From positions 1,695,660-1,759,659 of the forward strand of contig JBFWJC010000001.1 of NCBI GenBank assembly GCA_050253415.1: a stretch of 64,000 bases of DNA, given 5' to 3'. The notes beneath the pieces are model-generated. The model saw only the letters and a list, made by a program, of their open reading frames with translations. It had not been told where the DNA came from and ran no database searches. Positions 40,554 through 50,756 of this stretch are shown piece by piece. Position numbers and translations under genes: made by a program. The stretch is from Pedobacter sp. GTDB taxonomy: Bacteria; Desulfobacterota; Desulfuromonadia; Desulfuromonadales; Syntrophotaleaceae. How positions within the stretch are numbered: position 1 is the stretch's first letter; each line of letters opens with the position of its first letter.

Positions 40554-41237
40554 ATGCACAATTGTTACTCTGGTTATCATCAAGAATATTCTCAATCAGG
40601 CAATAATCCCCATAGGGGGCGTGTGGTCATTATTGCCGGTCCATCCTGTGTTGGTAAGACAACCTTGATTCAAAAATTACGGGAAGGAAAACTTTCGAAT
40701 CTGCAAAAACAGTTAAACCTGCATGATTTGGAGTCTTGGGATTTTCTCGATGCCTGGCAGATTGCGGATTTTATCGGGCTCGGCCATCGCAACCTGGTGT
40801 TGCATTACGATATTTTGCGATTATTGGACCATAATATCCAGGGTTATCAAATGGATACTGCTTTCCATTTTTTGCGGTATGCCGACCAGATAGAAATGCT
40901 TACCCTGTGGGAATTTTCCGCCACATTGCTCGATCGCTGCCGTAGAAGGCAGCGCAAGAATTACCGCAATCTAAAAAAGTGCCGGGTTCGGTTGTTTTTG
41001 GATCGCCATCATCGACTTAAACAAAAAATCCGTTTATATCAAAATTCTGAAGTATTGTTGGAATGGTACGATAAGTGGTTCGATTTTTGTATGTCTATAC
41101 CCATCTCTGGTCATTTTATTGCTCACAGCCAATATCCTGAAGAGATTTCACAGCGGAAGTTTGCATCGTTGAAGCGCGGTTGTCGGACAGAAGTTTCCGA
41201 TGGCGTTTTACTTTCGTATATGGCTGATATTTTATAG
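40554..41237 (+). CDS. P-loop (kinase/sulfotransferase-like) protein
   Basis: IIAGPSCVGKTTL Walker A. Confidence 0.6.
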   Translation: MHNCYSGYHQEYSQSGNNPHRGRVVIIAGPSCVGKTTLIQKLREGKLSNLQKQLNLHDLESWDFLDAWQIADFIGLGHRNLVLHYDILRLLDHNIQGYQMDTAFHFLRYADQIEMLTLWEFSATLLDRCRRRQRKNYRNLKKCRVRLFLDRHHRLKQKIRLYQNSEVLLEWYDKWFDFCMSIPISGHFIAHSQYPEEISQRKFASLKRGCRTEVSDGVLLSYMADIL

Positions 41238-41293
41238 GATAAACACTGTCTTTACCTGGGTTTGTTGGCTGCTGCAACAAGAAATACGCTACA

Positions 41294-42157
41294 GTGATAG
41301 ACACTATTTTACAGGGACCGAAAGGATCCAACGTGAAACAACAACCAGGGGATATGCACGGAAATCGTTTTGTTTTTATAGGTGGTCTTCATCGTAGCGG
41401 TACTTCATTGTTACATGAAATTTTGCGATCCCACCCCGAGATAAGTGGTTTTTCCGGCACCGGGGTTCCTGAGGATGAGGGGCAACATTTACAAACAATA
41501 TATCCTCCTGCCAACCAATATGGTGGGCCGGGACGCTTCGGTTTTGACAGTGCCTCGTTCATGGACGAAGAACATCCGTTGGCCACGGACCATAACGCCG
41601 CAGAATTGTTTGATCAGTGGCGCGCTTATTGGGATACCTCGAAAAGTTGGCTGTTGGAGAAATCCCCGCCCAACCTGGTACGGACACGATTTTTGCAAAG
41701 GTTATTTCCCCGGTGCCGATTTATTATTCTGCTGCGTCATCCCATCGCTGTTGCTTATGCGACCAGTAAATGGTGTCGCAGCAGTATTCCGATTCTCATA
41801 GAACATAATTTGCGTTGTTATGAACGCTTTTTGGCTGACCTGCCAAGACTGAATCATGTTTATGTGCTTCGCTACGAGGAGCTTGTTCTGAATCCGCACA
41901 ATCATATAGGACGCATTTTTGATTGGCTTGACGTTGAACCGTTCGCATTCCCGCAGGTCGTTCGCTCTGACATCAATGCCAAATACCTCGAGCGGTGGCG
42001 GCAGGATGGCCTGGGGGTAAAAGGTTGTGGCGTAAAATTAACCGGATTTTTTCACCGGTTTGAAAAACGTGCCGAAGTTTTTGGTTATAGTATCAACAAT
42101 CCTGATATCTTACTCACTACTAAAGTGACGGGATTGTATGGTGAGACAGCTGATTGA
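41294..42157 (+). CDS. Sulfotransferase
   Basis: GGLHRSGTSLL (5'-PSB), EKSP, LLRHP, RYEELV; start may be downstream (ATG 41353). Confidence 0.85.
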   Translation: MIDTILQGPKGSNVKQQPGDMHGNRFVFIGGLHRSGTSLLHEILRSHPEISGFSGTGVPEDEGQHLQTIYPPANQYGGPGRFGFDSASFMDEEHPLATDHNAAELFDQWRAYWDTSKSWLLEKSPPNLVRTRFLQRLFPRCRFIILLRHPIAVAYATSKWCRSSIPILIEHNLRCYERFLADLPRLNHVYVLRYEELVLNPHNHIGRIFDWLDVEPFAFPQVVRSDINAKYLERWRQDGLGVKGCGVKLTGFFHRFEKRAEVFGYSINNPDILLTTKVTGLYGETAD

Positions 42158-42204
42158 ATAAGTAATGTTTAATTTGTGTTCTTCTCGATATTAAGAGGAA
42201 AATT

Positions 42205-42984
42205 TTGAAAATACGAAAAAAAACTAGAAGAGTCGTACGTAAAACTCTTATGCGCCCTTGGATTATGTATGGAAGGCAGAATTTTGTCTTTATTTTAAGT
42301 CATATGCGCAGCCGTTCCACATTGCTATCCCATATTCTTGGTAGCCATCCGGAACTTTGCGGCTACGCCGAAATGCATAATTCCTACATTGACTCTATCG
42401 ACCTGCTTTGGTTGCGTCATCAACTCTACGAACGCGGTGAAAAGAGCCCGGTCGGACGTTTGGCGCTGGATAAAATATTGCACGATTCGCTCATTCTTTC
42501 TCCAAAAGTTTACGATGACGTCAAGGTAAAAAAGATATTTTTGCTTCGAGACCCGGCTGAAACGGTGAAAAGCATCCTGAATATGGGTCGTAAATTACAA
42601 AACGTCCCCTGGCATACGGATCAGAAACAGGTATTCAGCTATTACAACGAGCGACTAAAAACTCTCGTTTCCTACGCAAAAGAGACCACGAATCCTGGTT
42701 TTTTCATCGACTCCGAAGATTTGGTAAAGTACCCTGGCAGAGTGCTGAAAGAATTGTCACAGTGGCTTGGATTGAAGGAAACTCTCCGGGAAAATTACGC
42801 GACTTTCAAATATACCGGTGTTGAAAAGCATGGTGATCCTTTTGCCAATATTAAAGCCGGGAAAATTGTTAAACAAAAATCCGATTATTCGGAAATCGTG
42901 TTGGAGGAGGATTTATTGCGAGAAGCTGCTCGTAACTTTGAAACTACACGCAAATTGCTGCGCCAATACTGCATTACAGGCTGA
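42205..42984 (+). CDS. Sulfotransferase-family protein
   Basis: SHMRSRSTLLSHILGSHP, DKILH, LLRDP..SI. Confidence 0.75.
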   Translation: MKIRKKTRRVVRKTLMRPWIMYGRQNFVFILSHMRSRSTLLSHILGSHPELCGYAEMHNSYIDSIDLLWLRHQLYERGEKSPVGRLALDKILHDSLILSPKVYDDVKVKKIFLLRDPAETVKSILNMGRKLQNVPWHTDQKQVFSYYNERLKTLVSYAKETTNPGFFIDSEDLVKYPGRVLKELSQWLGLKETLRENYATFKYTGVEKHGDPFANIKAGKIVKQKSDYSEIVLEEDLLREAARNFETTRKLLRQYCITG

Positions 42985-43205
42985 TCCCTTCAAGTGGGTT
43001 TCGGTACCGGTGGGATTTGGCTCTGTCTTTGATCGAAAACACGCTTTTGTATGTTGTAACTATCGAAATAACGTGGATAAATCTTTTTTTGAAAAGGCTT
43101 AAATAGCGCTTTGTCCCGGCGCGAAAATCGACTATATTGCAGCAACATGCACACCCCCTTTTAGGCTTTGCCTGAGGGGGTGCTTTTCGTCGGTTGGAGG
43201 TCAGG

Positions 43206-44627
43206 ATGGCTATTGGAATATCGGCGAGCCTGCGCAGTCGTTTGATTGCGGGGAACGAAAGAGAGTACGGCGAAGGTTATGCGCAATTGACCTTCCCCTC
43301 GGCAATCGGCGCTCAAAAGGCCCTTGCCTTACGTAACGAACTCCTGAAAGATCTGCAGGGGCGTATAACGCTTGGTTACGGCGGCACCAAGCTCGACTGT
43401 ACGCATCTGTCGCCTGGTTGCAGGATCTGTGCTGAGGGCGGCTGGTCGTGTCTGTTCATCACCGGGCGTTGCAACTGCCGCTGTTTCTACTGTCCTACCG
43501 GTCAAAGCGACAATGATCTGCCTACCACCAACACGGTGGAATTCCGTACCCCCGCCGATTATGTCGGCTATCTCGAGCGTTTTGGTTTTCGCGGTGCCAG
43601 TATAAGCGGCGGCGAACCACTGATGAACCCCAAACGGTCCCTGGCGTATGTGCGCGCTATCAAAAAATACTTCGGCGATCGCATGCATGTCTGGCTTTAC
43701 ACCAACGGGACTCTCGCCAATGAGGAGATCATGCGGCAGCTTGGCGACGCCGGCCTCGATGAAATCCGTTTTGATATCGGCGCCACCGACTATCGTCTCG
43801 ACAAGCTGCGGTTGGCGACAGGGGTCATCCCTACGGTCACCGTTGAAATCCCTGCCATCCCGGAAGATGTCTCACTGCTCAAGGCCAAGATGGTCGAAAT
43901 GCGTGACGCCGGGGTAGGTTACCTCAATCTTCACCAGTTACGGCTCACACCGTATAATTTTGAGCATCTTGTCGCCCGCAATTATACCTTTTTGCATGGC
44001 GAAAAGGTGACAGTCCTGGAGTCCGAACTGGCTGCCCTGGAACTGGTACGGCACAGTCTCGACCACAAGCTGGGCCTGCCGGTCAACTACTGCTCGTTTG
44101 TGTTCAAAAACCGCTATCAAAGTCGGGCAGGTCGTCTGCGCAATAGTCGTTTCATAGTCAAGGCCCATGAATCCCTGACCGACAACGGCTATATTCGTGT
44201 CCTGACTCTGGTCGGTAGTCCGGAAGCCGTGGAGCGCCAGGAGCGCAGATTCAGCGAACAGGGGGGTGGCAGGCAGCTTTGGAGTAGAGGCAATTCCAAG
44301 GGATCACTCGTCTTTCATCCACAACTCTGGCAGGCGGTCGCCTGGGACGACTTTCGATTGTTGGTCGGCTATGCCGCCACCCGGCAACAATCCTCGGTGA
44401 GTTACCATAACCCGTTTGTCACCGTTCCGGTAAGTCCCGGAAAATCGGTGATTATCGAACGGGCCCGTGCCGTAGCGGATTTTGAACTGAGCAAAGAAGC
44501 TCGGCAATGTTTCCAGGGGGTTTTTCTGACTGGCCGCAGTTTGGCAGATTCAGAAGACGATAATGTTATGCTGGATGAAATGGTGCCTTTTGAAAAAGGA
44601 CTGGAAGGATTGCAGGACTATTACTGA
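43206..44627 (+). CDS. Radical SAM protein
   Basis: CNCRCFYC CxxxCxxC, SGGEP, YTNG; GGAGG RBS before ATG 43206. Confidence 0.9.
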   Translation: MAIGISASLRSRLIAGNEREYGEGYAQLTFPSAIGAQKALALRNELLKDLQGRITLGYGGTKLDCTHLSPGCRICAEGGWSCLFITGRCNCRCFYCPTGQSDNDLPTTNTVEFRTPADYVGYLERFGFRGASISGGEPLMNPKRSLAYVRAIKKYFGDRMHVWLYTNGTLANEEIMRQLGDAGLDEIRFDIGATDYRLDKLRLATGVIPTVTVEIPAIPEDVSLLKAKMVEMRDAGVGYLNLHQLRLTPYNFEHLVARNYTFLHGEKVTVLESELAALELVRHSLDHKLGLPVNYCSFVFKNRYQSRAGRLRNSRFIVKAHESLTDNGYIRVLTLVGSPEAVERQERRFSEQGGGRQLWSRGNSKGSLVFHPQLWQAVAWDDFRLLVGYAATRQQSSVSYHNPFVTVPVSPGKSVIIERARAVADFELSKEARQCFQGVFLTGRSLADSEDDNVMLDEMVPFEKGLEGLQDYY

Positions 44628-44631
44628 AAAT

Positions 44632-44684
44632 AACCCGCCATGTTCACATTTGCTTTCGATCGGTGAATATGCACATGGCGGGTT
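44632..44684. terminator. Long-loop hairpin between convergent genes
   Basis: AACCCGCCATGT / ACATGGCGGGTT. Confidence 0.55.
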
Positions 44685-44699
44685 GTTGTTATCGTGTGG

Positions 44700-46118
44700 T
44701 CAGATTTTCTGAATGGCTTGTTCGTCTTTGGCTTTTGCCAGAAGTTTGCTGAAATAGTGCGTTATGGCCATGCGCGCATACTGACCGGCGCGAATACCAA
44801 TGAATTTTTCATGCGCGACCATGACGGCAACAACCACCTTGGCCTGGCCGTGACGCTCATTGGCAAACCCCACAAACCAGTCATAACGGACTTCATGGGT
44901 ATTGTTGTCCATCGAACCGGTCTTCCCGCCGATCTGCAACTGTGAGAGGATTTTGTCCTTCTGGTAGCCCAGGAATGACTTGCGAGCGGTGCCGGACTTG
45001 ATGGTGGTTTGCATCATCTGATCCAGTACCGTCGAGGCTTTGGCCGACATCGCCTGTTGTTCCCATGACGGCTGTCCATGATACAGTACCTTGCCTTTAT
45101 CGTCGGAAATCCGATCCACAAGGGATGGCGCCACCATGCGGCCACCGTTAAGGACTGCCGAAGCCATCACGGCGCCGTGTAGTGGAGAGATGGTCGTGTC
45201 GCGATTAAAACCGCTGGCCATTTCAGCCCAATCATAAGGATCGTCATTGATCTGGAAGTGGCTGGGAGGCAAGGATAGATCAAAGTTCAACGGTTCATTG
45301 AATTTGAAGGTATCCGCATACTTTTCCAGTACCGATTTTCCCAAACGATTTTCGCCGATTTTTCCGAATACCGGATTGATCGACTGGGCAAACGCATCCT
45401 TGAAGGAAACGGTATTGGTGTGTTTGTTGATCTTGTCGGTCAGCTGCCGTTTGTAAAGGGTATGTTTGTAGCCGTTGAAATGCATAGTCGAATCGGCAGT
45501 GTAGTTGCAATGATCCACTGCCGATGCCGCTGTGACAATTTTAAAAATGCTGGCAGCGGGAAAGTTGCTACGCAGACAGGGATTACCGGCATTCCCTGTC
45601 TTGTCGAACCCGGCCATGGCCAGAATACGTCCTGTATCGGCTTCCATGACTACGATGCCGATATCCCTGGAATTTTTGCGATCCATCTTTGAAAGCAGGT
45701 AATTCTGCAAGTCTTCATCCAGGCTTGTTTCGATCTGCAAAGTCTGCTGGTTGACCAGCAGTTCAAGGTTCTTTTCGGTCAGATTATCAAAATCCTGGTT
45801 AACCAGAAGTTCGCGGACATCCTGCTTGTTGGTGATTTTGGGAAGCTCTTTGAGAGGCAAGGAGTCCTGGGCTGCGGCTGTCGGGGATGTCGCCATGCCG
45901 TTCGGGATCAAGGCCTTGATCCCGAAAATTCCGAAGATGGTCAGGCTTGCGAGAATGCAAATCTTTCTGCCTATCCGCCGCCTGTTGGGGCGCCCGATAG
46001 ACCGAGGGTTGGGGCGCGCATTGGGGCGCTTGCTCCGTTGTTGATTGAGGTCGTTCTGAAAACTTCGCCAGTTCGAGTTATTTTGATATCCGGATAAATG
46101 CTTTGAATATTTTCGCAT
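44700..46118 (-). CDS. Penicillin-binding transpeptidase-domain protein
   Basis: SIFK (SxxK), SIN (SxN), KTG; single N-terminal TM after a basic tail. Confidence 0.88.
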   Translation of the reverse strand: MRKYSKHLSGYQNNSNWRSFQNDLNQQRSKRPNARPNPRSIGRPNRRRIGRKICILASLTIFGIFGIKALIPNGMATSPTAAAQDSLPLKELPKITNKQDVRELLVNQDFDNLTEKNLELLVNQQTLQIETSLDEDLQNYLLSKMDRKNSRDIGIVVMEADTGRILAMAGFDKTGNAGNPCLRSNFPAASIFKIVTAASAVDHCNYTADSTMHFNGYKHTLYKRQLTDKINKHTNTVSFKDAFAQSINPVFGKIGENRLGKSVLEKYADTFKFNEPLNFDLSLPPSHFQINDDPYDWAEMASGFNRDTTISPLHGAVMASAVLNGGRMVAPSLVDRISDDKGKVLYHGQPSWEQQAMSAKASTVLDQMMQTTIKSGTARKSFLGYQKDKILSQLQIGGKTGSMDNNTHEVRYDWFVGFANERHGQAKVVVAVMVAHEKFIGIRAGQYARMAITHYFSKLLAKAKDEQAIQKI

Positions 46119-46334
46119 AGATATCTTCTTATAAAAATTGGCGTTGATGAAAGGTCAATTGCTGAAATGATATCAGCAAAAATAGAATTTTTGCGGGGGA
46201 AACCATTTAATTGAAGAGGGCGATCTGAAAATTTTAGCCCCTCGTCAATGGTTTTTACAGGTGCTGCACAATATCATTTTGAGACGTTCAGGCCAAGCCT
46301 ATTTAAGATGAAAAAACGCGTCAATTTCTTAAAC

Positions 46335-47009
46335 TTATCTTTTGAAATATCCGCAGATATCCTCCAATTGATTGGGCTTTATCTGGCTGAATTCGGTTCC
46401 GATGCCAGGAATACTCATGGCTTTTCCCCAGTCACAGTGTCGACGGATCACAACTTGGATCGGAGTTGGATCCGCTATTTCCAGAAAACGTAGCCATGCA
46501 TATTCGGCATCCTGCCAGGATTGAGTGGAAATCAGAAAACAACCACCTTGGGAAATATCCAGCGTGATGGCTTTTTCCGTTTGCTCCGCTGCGAAATTTA
46601 TATCTTTGCTTAAAAGAACATTGAAGTGGATCGGATACCGCTTGTTCATCCGGCAGATTCTTGCCGGGCGAGAGTGGCAAAACTTGTTTAGGAAGTCTTG
46701 AAGCGGATTTTCTTTATTGATGAGATTACCGATAACCAGCCCTCTGATTTCTCCGGCGTTATCGTCCCATCGAACACGCAATACTGGATATACTTCGGAA
46801 ATACTCTGAATATCAATTTTATCCTTAAGAGAGGATCTGACCGCTGTCAAAACATCGAGAATCAAACCGTTGTAAGGCATCTTGCTTATCTGAAGTTTCA
46901 TTTCGGCAATATTGCCAGCAATTTCGCACTCAGCCCCGAGTTTTTCAACGGCCGTCCGGTAACGATCAGCTGTAGCTGGGTCACCGGCAATAATGAGCAC
47001 CTTGATCAT
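46335..47009 (-). CDS. PilZ-domain protein with degenerate receiver-like N-terminus
   Basis: RMNKR (RxxxR) and DISQGG (DxSxxG) c-di-GMP motifs. Confidence 0.75.
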   Translation of the reverse strand: MIKVLIIAGDPATADRYRTAVEKLGAECEIAGNIAEMKLQISKMPYNGLILDVLTAVRSSLKDKIDIQSISEVYPVLRVRWDDNAGEIRGLVIGNLINKENPLQDFLNKFCHSRPARICRMNKRYPIHFNVLLSKDINFAAEQTEKAITLDISQGGCFLISTQSWQDAEYAWLRFLEIADPTPIQVVIRRHCDWGKAMSIPGIGTEFSQIKPNQLEDICGYFKR

Positions 47010-47342
47010 GGTAAACCTTTCCAGACAAACAAAGTAAGTACAGAAGCGTACTTTTGTTATATTGCATCGGTTTTTTTGCAGTTAATCAAAAGAGAAATTT
47101 TCTCAGGGGCTATTATTTGATGTTGAGGGTGCCCGATCTTTTCCTGTCTTGAAACTTTGCTGAAAAAACAGATTGCAAGGCTGAGCGATCACTTCAAGGA
47201 TCATTGTAGATGTATCGGATATATAAATAAGAAGTCTTCTTGTTATCCCATGTTTGTCAAGAGGCTAACCCGATTAGGTTATTTATCCTGTATCGCTAGT
47301 GATGTCCGATTTTGGTGTTCAGGTCGGTTCAGAATGCGTGGA

Positions 47343-48176
47343 CTAAAAATAACTGCGGCCGCCCATATATGTTCTGCTGAAAAAAGGCGTGGACAACTTC
47401 TCAATACGTACGGTTTTCCCGGTGCTTGGGGCATGAATGAAGCGGTTTTTGCCGATGTACATACCGACGTGACTGACCTGCTTGCCGCCGTTGGTGGCAA
47501 AAAACACCAGATCGCCCCTTCGCAGTTGGTGTTTGGGTATCCAGCGACCGGCCTGAAATTGGTTGCGCGATACGCGGGGCAGATTAAGTCCGTTGAGTCG
47601 GTAACAGACCATGGTCAGGCCGCTGCAGTCAAAACCGCTATCGCCGTCGGTCCCCCCCCAGCGGTATGGGACCCCAAGGAAACTGCGTGCTGTCTTGACA
47701 AGTTCTTCCCGCAGCGGGTCGGTGTCAACTCCCTGTAATCGGGCGGCGGTATAGGACTGAGGAATGACAATGAAAAAATTAGCAATCAGTCCTTGAGATT
47801 GGAGTCTCTCCGCTTCGCATCGGGCTGCCTGGTAGTTGGTGTGATTCCCAAACCGGACTTTAAAGAGCCCGGATTTGTGGCGGAAATAATAGGCGTCGAT
47901 CCCTCGTTGTTCGAGCGATTGTTCCAGTCGCACCGCATTTTCAAGATTGGAGAAGGCGCCTACCTGAATGGCATATCCCATTTTTTGAAGAGTGCCACTG
48001 GTAACGTTCTGGAATTCACTGTCGATTTGTTCCTCAAGATCGCGCCCCGGTCGGCTCAATTGGGGATGAACTGCGTGATTCGTGCAGGCGACCAGTGGCA
48101 GGATCATCGTGCAACACATAAGGCATGCGATAATCGTTTTTATATTGAGATCATCATATGTCATGCAGTTCTCCAC
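47343..48176 (-). CDS. SPOR + NlpC/P60 peptidoglycan endopeptidase lipoprotein
   Basis: Lipobox LVAC, YAIQVGAFS (SPOR), GVPYRWGG..FDCSG, HVGMY, FIHA. Confidence 0.92.
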   Translation of the reverse strand: MENCMTYDDLNIKTIIACLMCCTMILPLVACTNHAVHPQLSRPGRDLEEQIDSEFQNVTSGTLQKMGYAIQVGAFSNLENAVRLEQSLEQRGIDAYYFRHKSGLFKVRFGNHTNYQAARCEAERLQSQGLIANFFIVIPQSYTAARLQGVDTDPLREELVKTARSFLGVPYRWGGTDGDSGFDCSGLTMVCYRLNGLNLPRVSRNQFQAGRWIPKHQLRRGDLVFFATNGGKQVSHVGMYIGKNRFIHAPSTGKTVRIEKLSTPFFSRTYMGGRSYF

Positions 48177-48621
48177 CCGTACCAGAATTTACGGACTCGG
48201 TCGGGTAATGGCGGCAATATTCACATAACAGGTAAAAGTGAGGGACTGTACCTTGCTACTCATATATTATGCGAAGATCTAAACTTTATCCGATGCCGTG
48301 TTCACTGTTATCAACTGTCTGGTAACTGCGTGCCAATTTTAGCCTGTTAAATATGATGTGGAAAGTCTTTATTTGTGTATTTTGTAAAATTAACCACCGG
48401 TTAAACTTTGACTATATTCATTATTTTATAACAAAATCTACCTATAATCTTTGTCCTGTTTAATGATTGATTAAAACTATCGCTTTATATTGAATTTAAG
48501 ATTATTGTACAAATTATAGCTGAATATGTATTGTGATTAAGGATGGTTTTAGGTATTTTGTGTCAGTGATTTAAGAACGAAGCATGTTTGTATCTGCACG
48601 TCGTATACACTTGGAGGGGCA

Positions 48622-50577
48622 ATGAAGTTCAACGATTGGAAAATTGGCTACAGGCTCGCCTTATTGGCAGGTTTGCTTTCTGTTTTTCTTGTTATTACCG
48701 GTATTTTAGGTTTGACCAGTTTGGGAAGCCTTAACACCTCCTTGCAGTCCGTGTATCAGGACCGGGTTGTGCCTTTAACCCGACTTAAAAAAGTGTCCGA
48801 CATGTATGCGGTCAACATCGTAGACCTTTCCCATAAAATTCGTAGCAAGCAGTTCGATTGGGACGATGCCATGCGCGGTCTGAAATCGGCTCAGCAGCTC
48901 ATTGCCACCGAGTGGAATGCCTACCTGGAGACCGCGGACGCCCCTGAGGAACAGCAACTGGTCAGCCAGGCACGTACCCTGATGGCAAGTGCCGACAAGA
49001 CCATCGGCAACCTGGAAACAATTATCGCTGATCAACATCAACTTATGCTTATCGATTTTATCGAGAACAATCTCTATCAGGAGATCGACCCCATTACCGA
49101 GCAGGTCGGCAAGTTGATCGACGTCCAGCTTGAAATGGCGCGTCACGAGTATGAAGTGGGGCAGGCGACTTATCGGAGCACCTATGTTCTTTCCCTCGGG
49201 TGCATGGGGCTCGCCCTGCTGTTGGCGGGTGTTCTCGGCTTTTTGATCATCCGCAGCGTAACGCGTCCGGTGGCTCGCACCGTGGAAATGATCGAGGGCC
49301 TGGAAAAAGGTAATCTCGATATGCGTTTGTCTCTTGATCGCAAGGACGAGATCGGGCGCCTGGCGAGGGCCATGGATGCGTTTGCCGATAATTTGCAAAA
49401 CGAAGTGGTTGAAGCCTTCAATTGTCTGGCCGCGGGTAACTTTACCTTTAAAGCAAAAGGCCTTATCGCCCAGCCCCTCGAACGTGCCAATGCCGCTCTG
49501 TGTAAGCTGGTCCATGAAATCCAGTCCACCAGTGAACAGATTGCCGGTGGATCTAATCAGGTCGCAGCCGCCAGTCAGGGACTTTCTCAGGGCGCTACTC
49601 AGTCGGCTTCTTCGCTGGAAGAAATTTCCGCAGCCATGACCGAGCTGGCTTCCCAGAGTCGGCAAAATGCCGATAACGCCAAACAGGCTAACATGCTCTC
49701 CGGCCAGGCTAAAAGCGCTGGCGACAATGGTAATCAGCTCATGAACGAGTTGATGGAAGCGATGTTCGATATCAACCAGTCGGCGGCAAGCATCAATAAG
49801 ATCATAAAAGTCATTGACGAAATCGCCTTCCAGACCAATTTGCTGGCGCTGAATGCCGCAGTCGAAGCGGCACGTGCCGGGCAGCATGGCAAAGGCTTCG
49901 CCGTGGTTGCCGAAGAGGTGCGCAATCTGGCTGCTCGCAGTGCCAAGGCCGCCAAGGAAACCGAAGAACTGATCGAGGGCGCCAATCAAAAAAGCACCCA
50001 CGGAACCGAACTTGCCCAGAATACCGCCGCCGCCCTGCAGGGGATTGTGGAGGAGACGGGTAAGGTTACCGATCTTCTCAATGAAATCTCCGCCGCTTCC
50101 GACGAGCAGGCCGTAGGTTTCGACCAGGTTACCCGAAGTCTGGATCAGATAGAACAGGTCACCCAGCAAGCTACGGCCAATGCAGAAGAAAGTGCTTCAG
50201 TGGCCGAGCAACTGGCCAGCCAGTCGTCTTATTTGAATCAAATGCTCGGTCGGTTCAAAATAGGTGCCGCCGCGCAGGCCGCTCCCCGGCTTACCGGCGG
50301 TGCCTCGGTCAGTCGTCCTGTTGTTTCGATGCTGGCCCAGTCAACTCGGTCGCCTGCGCGGACAGCGGCCAAGGCCTTGCCTAAACCCGCCAGGACTCAG
50401 CAACCTGTTGCACCGAAACCGGCAAATGAGAAAAAGGTCCAAGCCAAGGTGGCCAAGGCGCTGCCTGCCCCCGAAAAACCGCAACCCCAGGCGGCGGCCA
50501 AACCATCGACCAAGCCTAGAGAATTAAAGCCTGAGGAAATCATTGCCTTGGACGATTCTGAATTCGGCAGATATTGA
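48622..50577 (+). CDS. Methyl-accepting chemotaxis protein (four-helix-bundle sensor)
   Basis: VYQDRVVPL sensor, HAMP, signalling hairpin, long Ala/Pro/Lys linker, C-terminus DDSEFGRY. Confidence 0.93.
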   Translation: MKFNDWKIGYRLALLAGLLSVFLVITGILGLTSLGSLNTSLQSVYQDRVVPLTRLKKVSDMYAVNIVDLSHKIRSKQFDWDDAMRGLKSAQQLIATEWNAYLETADAPEEQQLVSQARTLMASADKTIGNLETIIADQHQLMLIDFIENNLYQEIDPITEQVGKLIDVQLEMARHEYEVGQATYRSTYVLSLGCMGLALLLAGVLGFLIIRSVTRPVARTVEMIEGLEKGNLDMRLSLDRKDEIGRLARAMDAFADNLQNEVVEAFNCLAAGNFTFKAKGLIAQPLERANAALCKLVHEIQSTSEQIAGGSNQVAAASQGLSQGATQSASSLEEISAAMTELASQSRQNADNAKQANMLSGQAKSAGDNGNQLMNELMEAMFDINQSAASINKIIKVIDEIAFQTNLLALNAAVEAARAGQHGKGFAVVAEEVRNLAARSAKAAKETEELIEGANQKSTHGTELAQNTAAALQGIVEETGKVTDLLNEISAASDEQAVGFDQVTRSLDQIEQVTQQATANAEESASVAEQLASQSSYLNQMLGRFKIGAAAQAAPRLTGGASVSRPVVSMLAQSTRSPARTAAKALPKPARTQQPVAPKPANEKKVQAKVAKALPAPEKPQPQAAAKPSTKPRELKPEEIIALDDSEFGRY

Positions 50578-50600
50578 AAACCGAACAATCCATGAATATT

Positions 50601-50632
50601 TAAAAAGACCGGCCCTGGTGCCGGTCTTTTTA
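50601..50632 (+). terminator. Intrinsic terminator
   Basis: TAAAAAGACCGGC-loop-GCCGGTCTTTTTA. Confidence 0.8.
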
Positions 50633-50756
50633 TTTGGAGGTTGTGGGTAGAACGATAAAGGTGTCGTTTGGGTTTGCAGCAAAGGCTTGTGACCTGCTAT
50701 GCTTCGCAAATTCTTCCCACCTTTTTCTATACTCCTGCTTCTACGGATTAAATACC

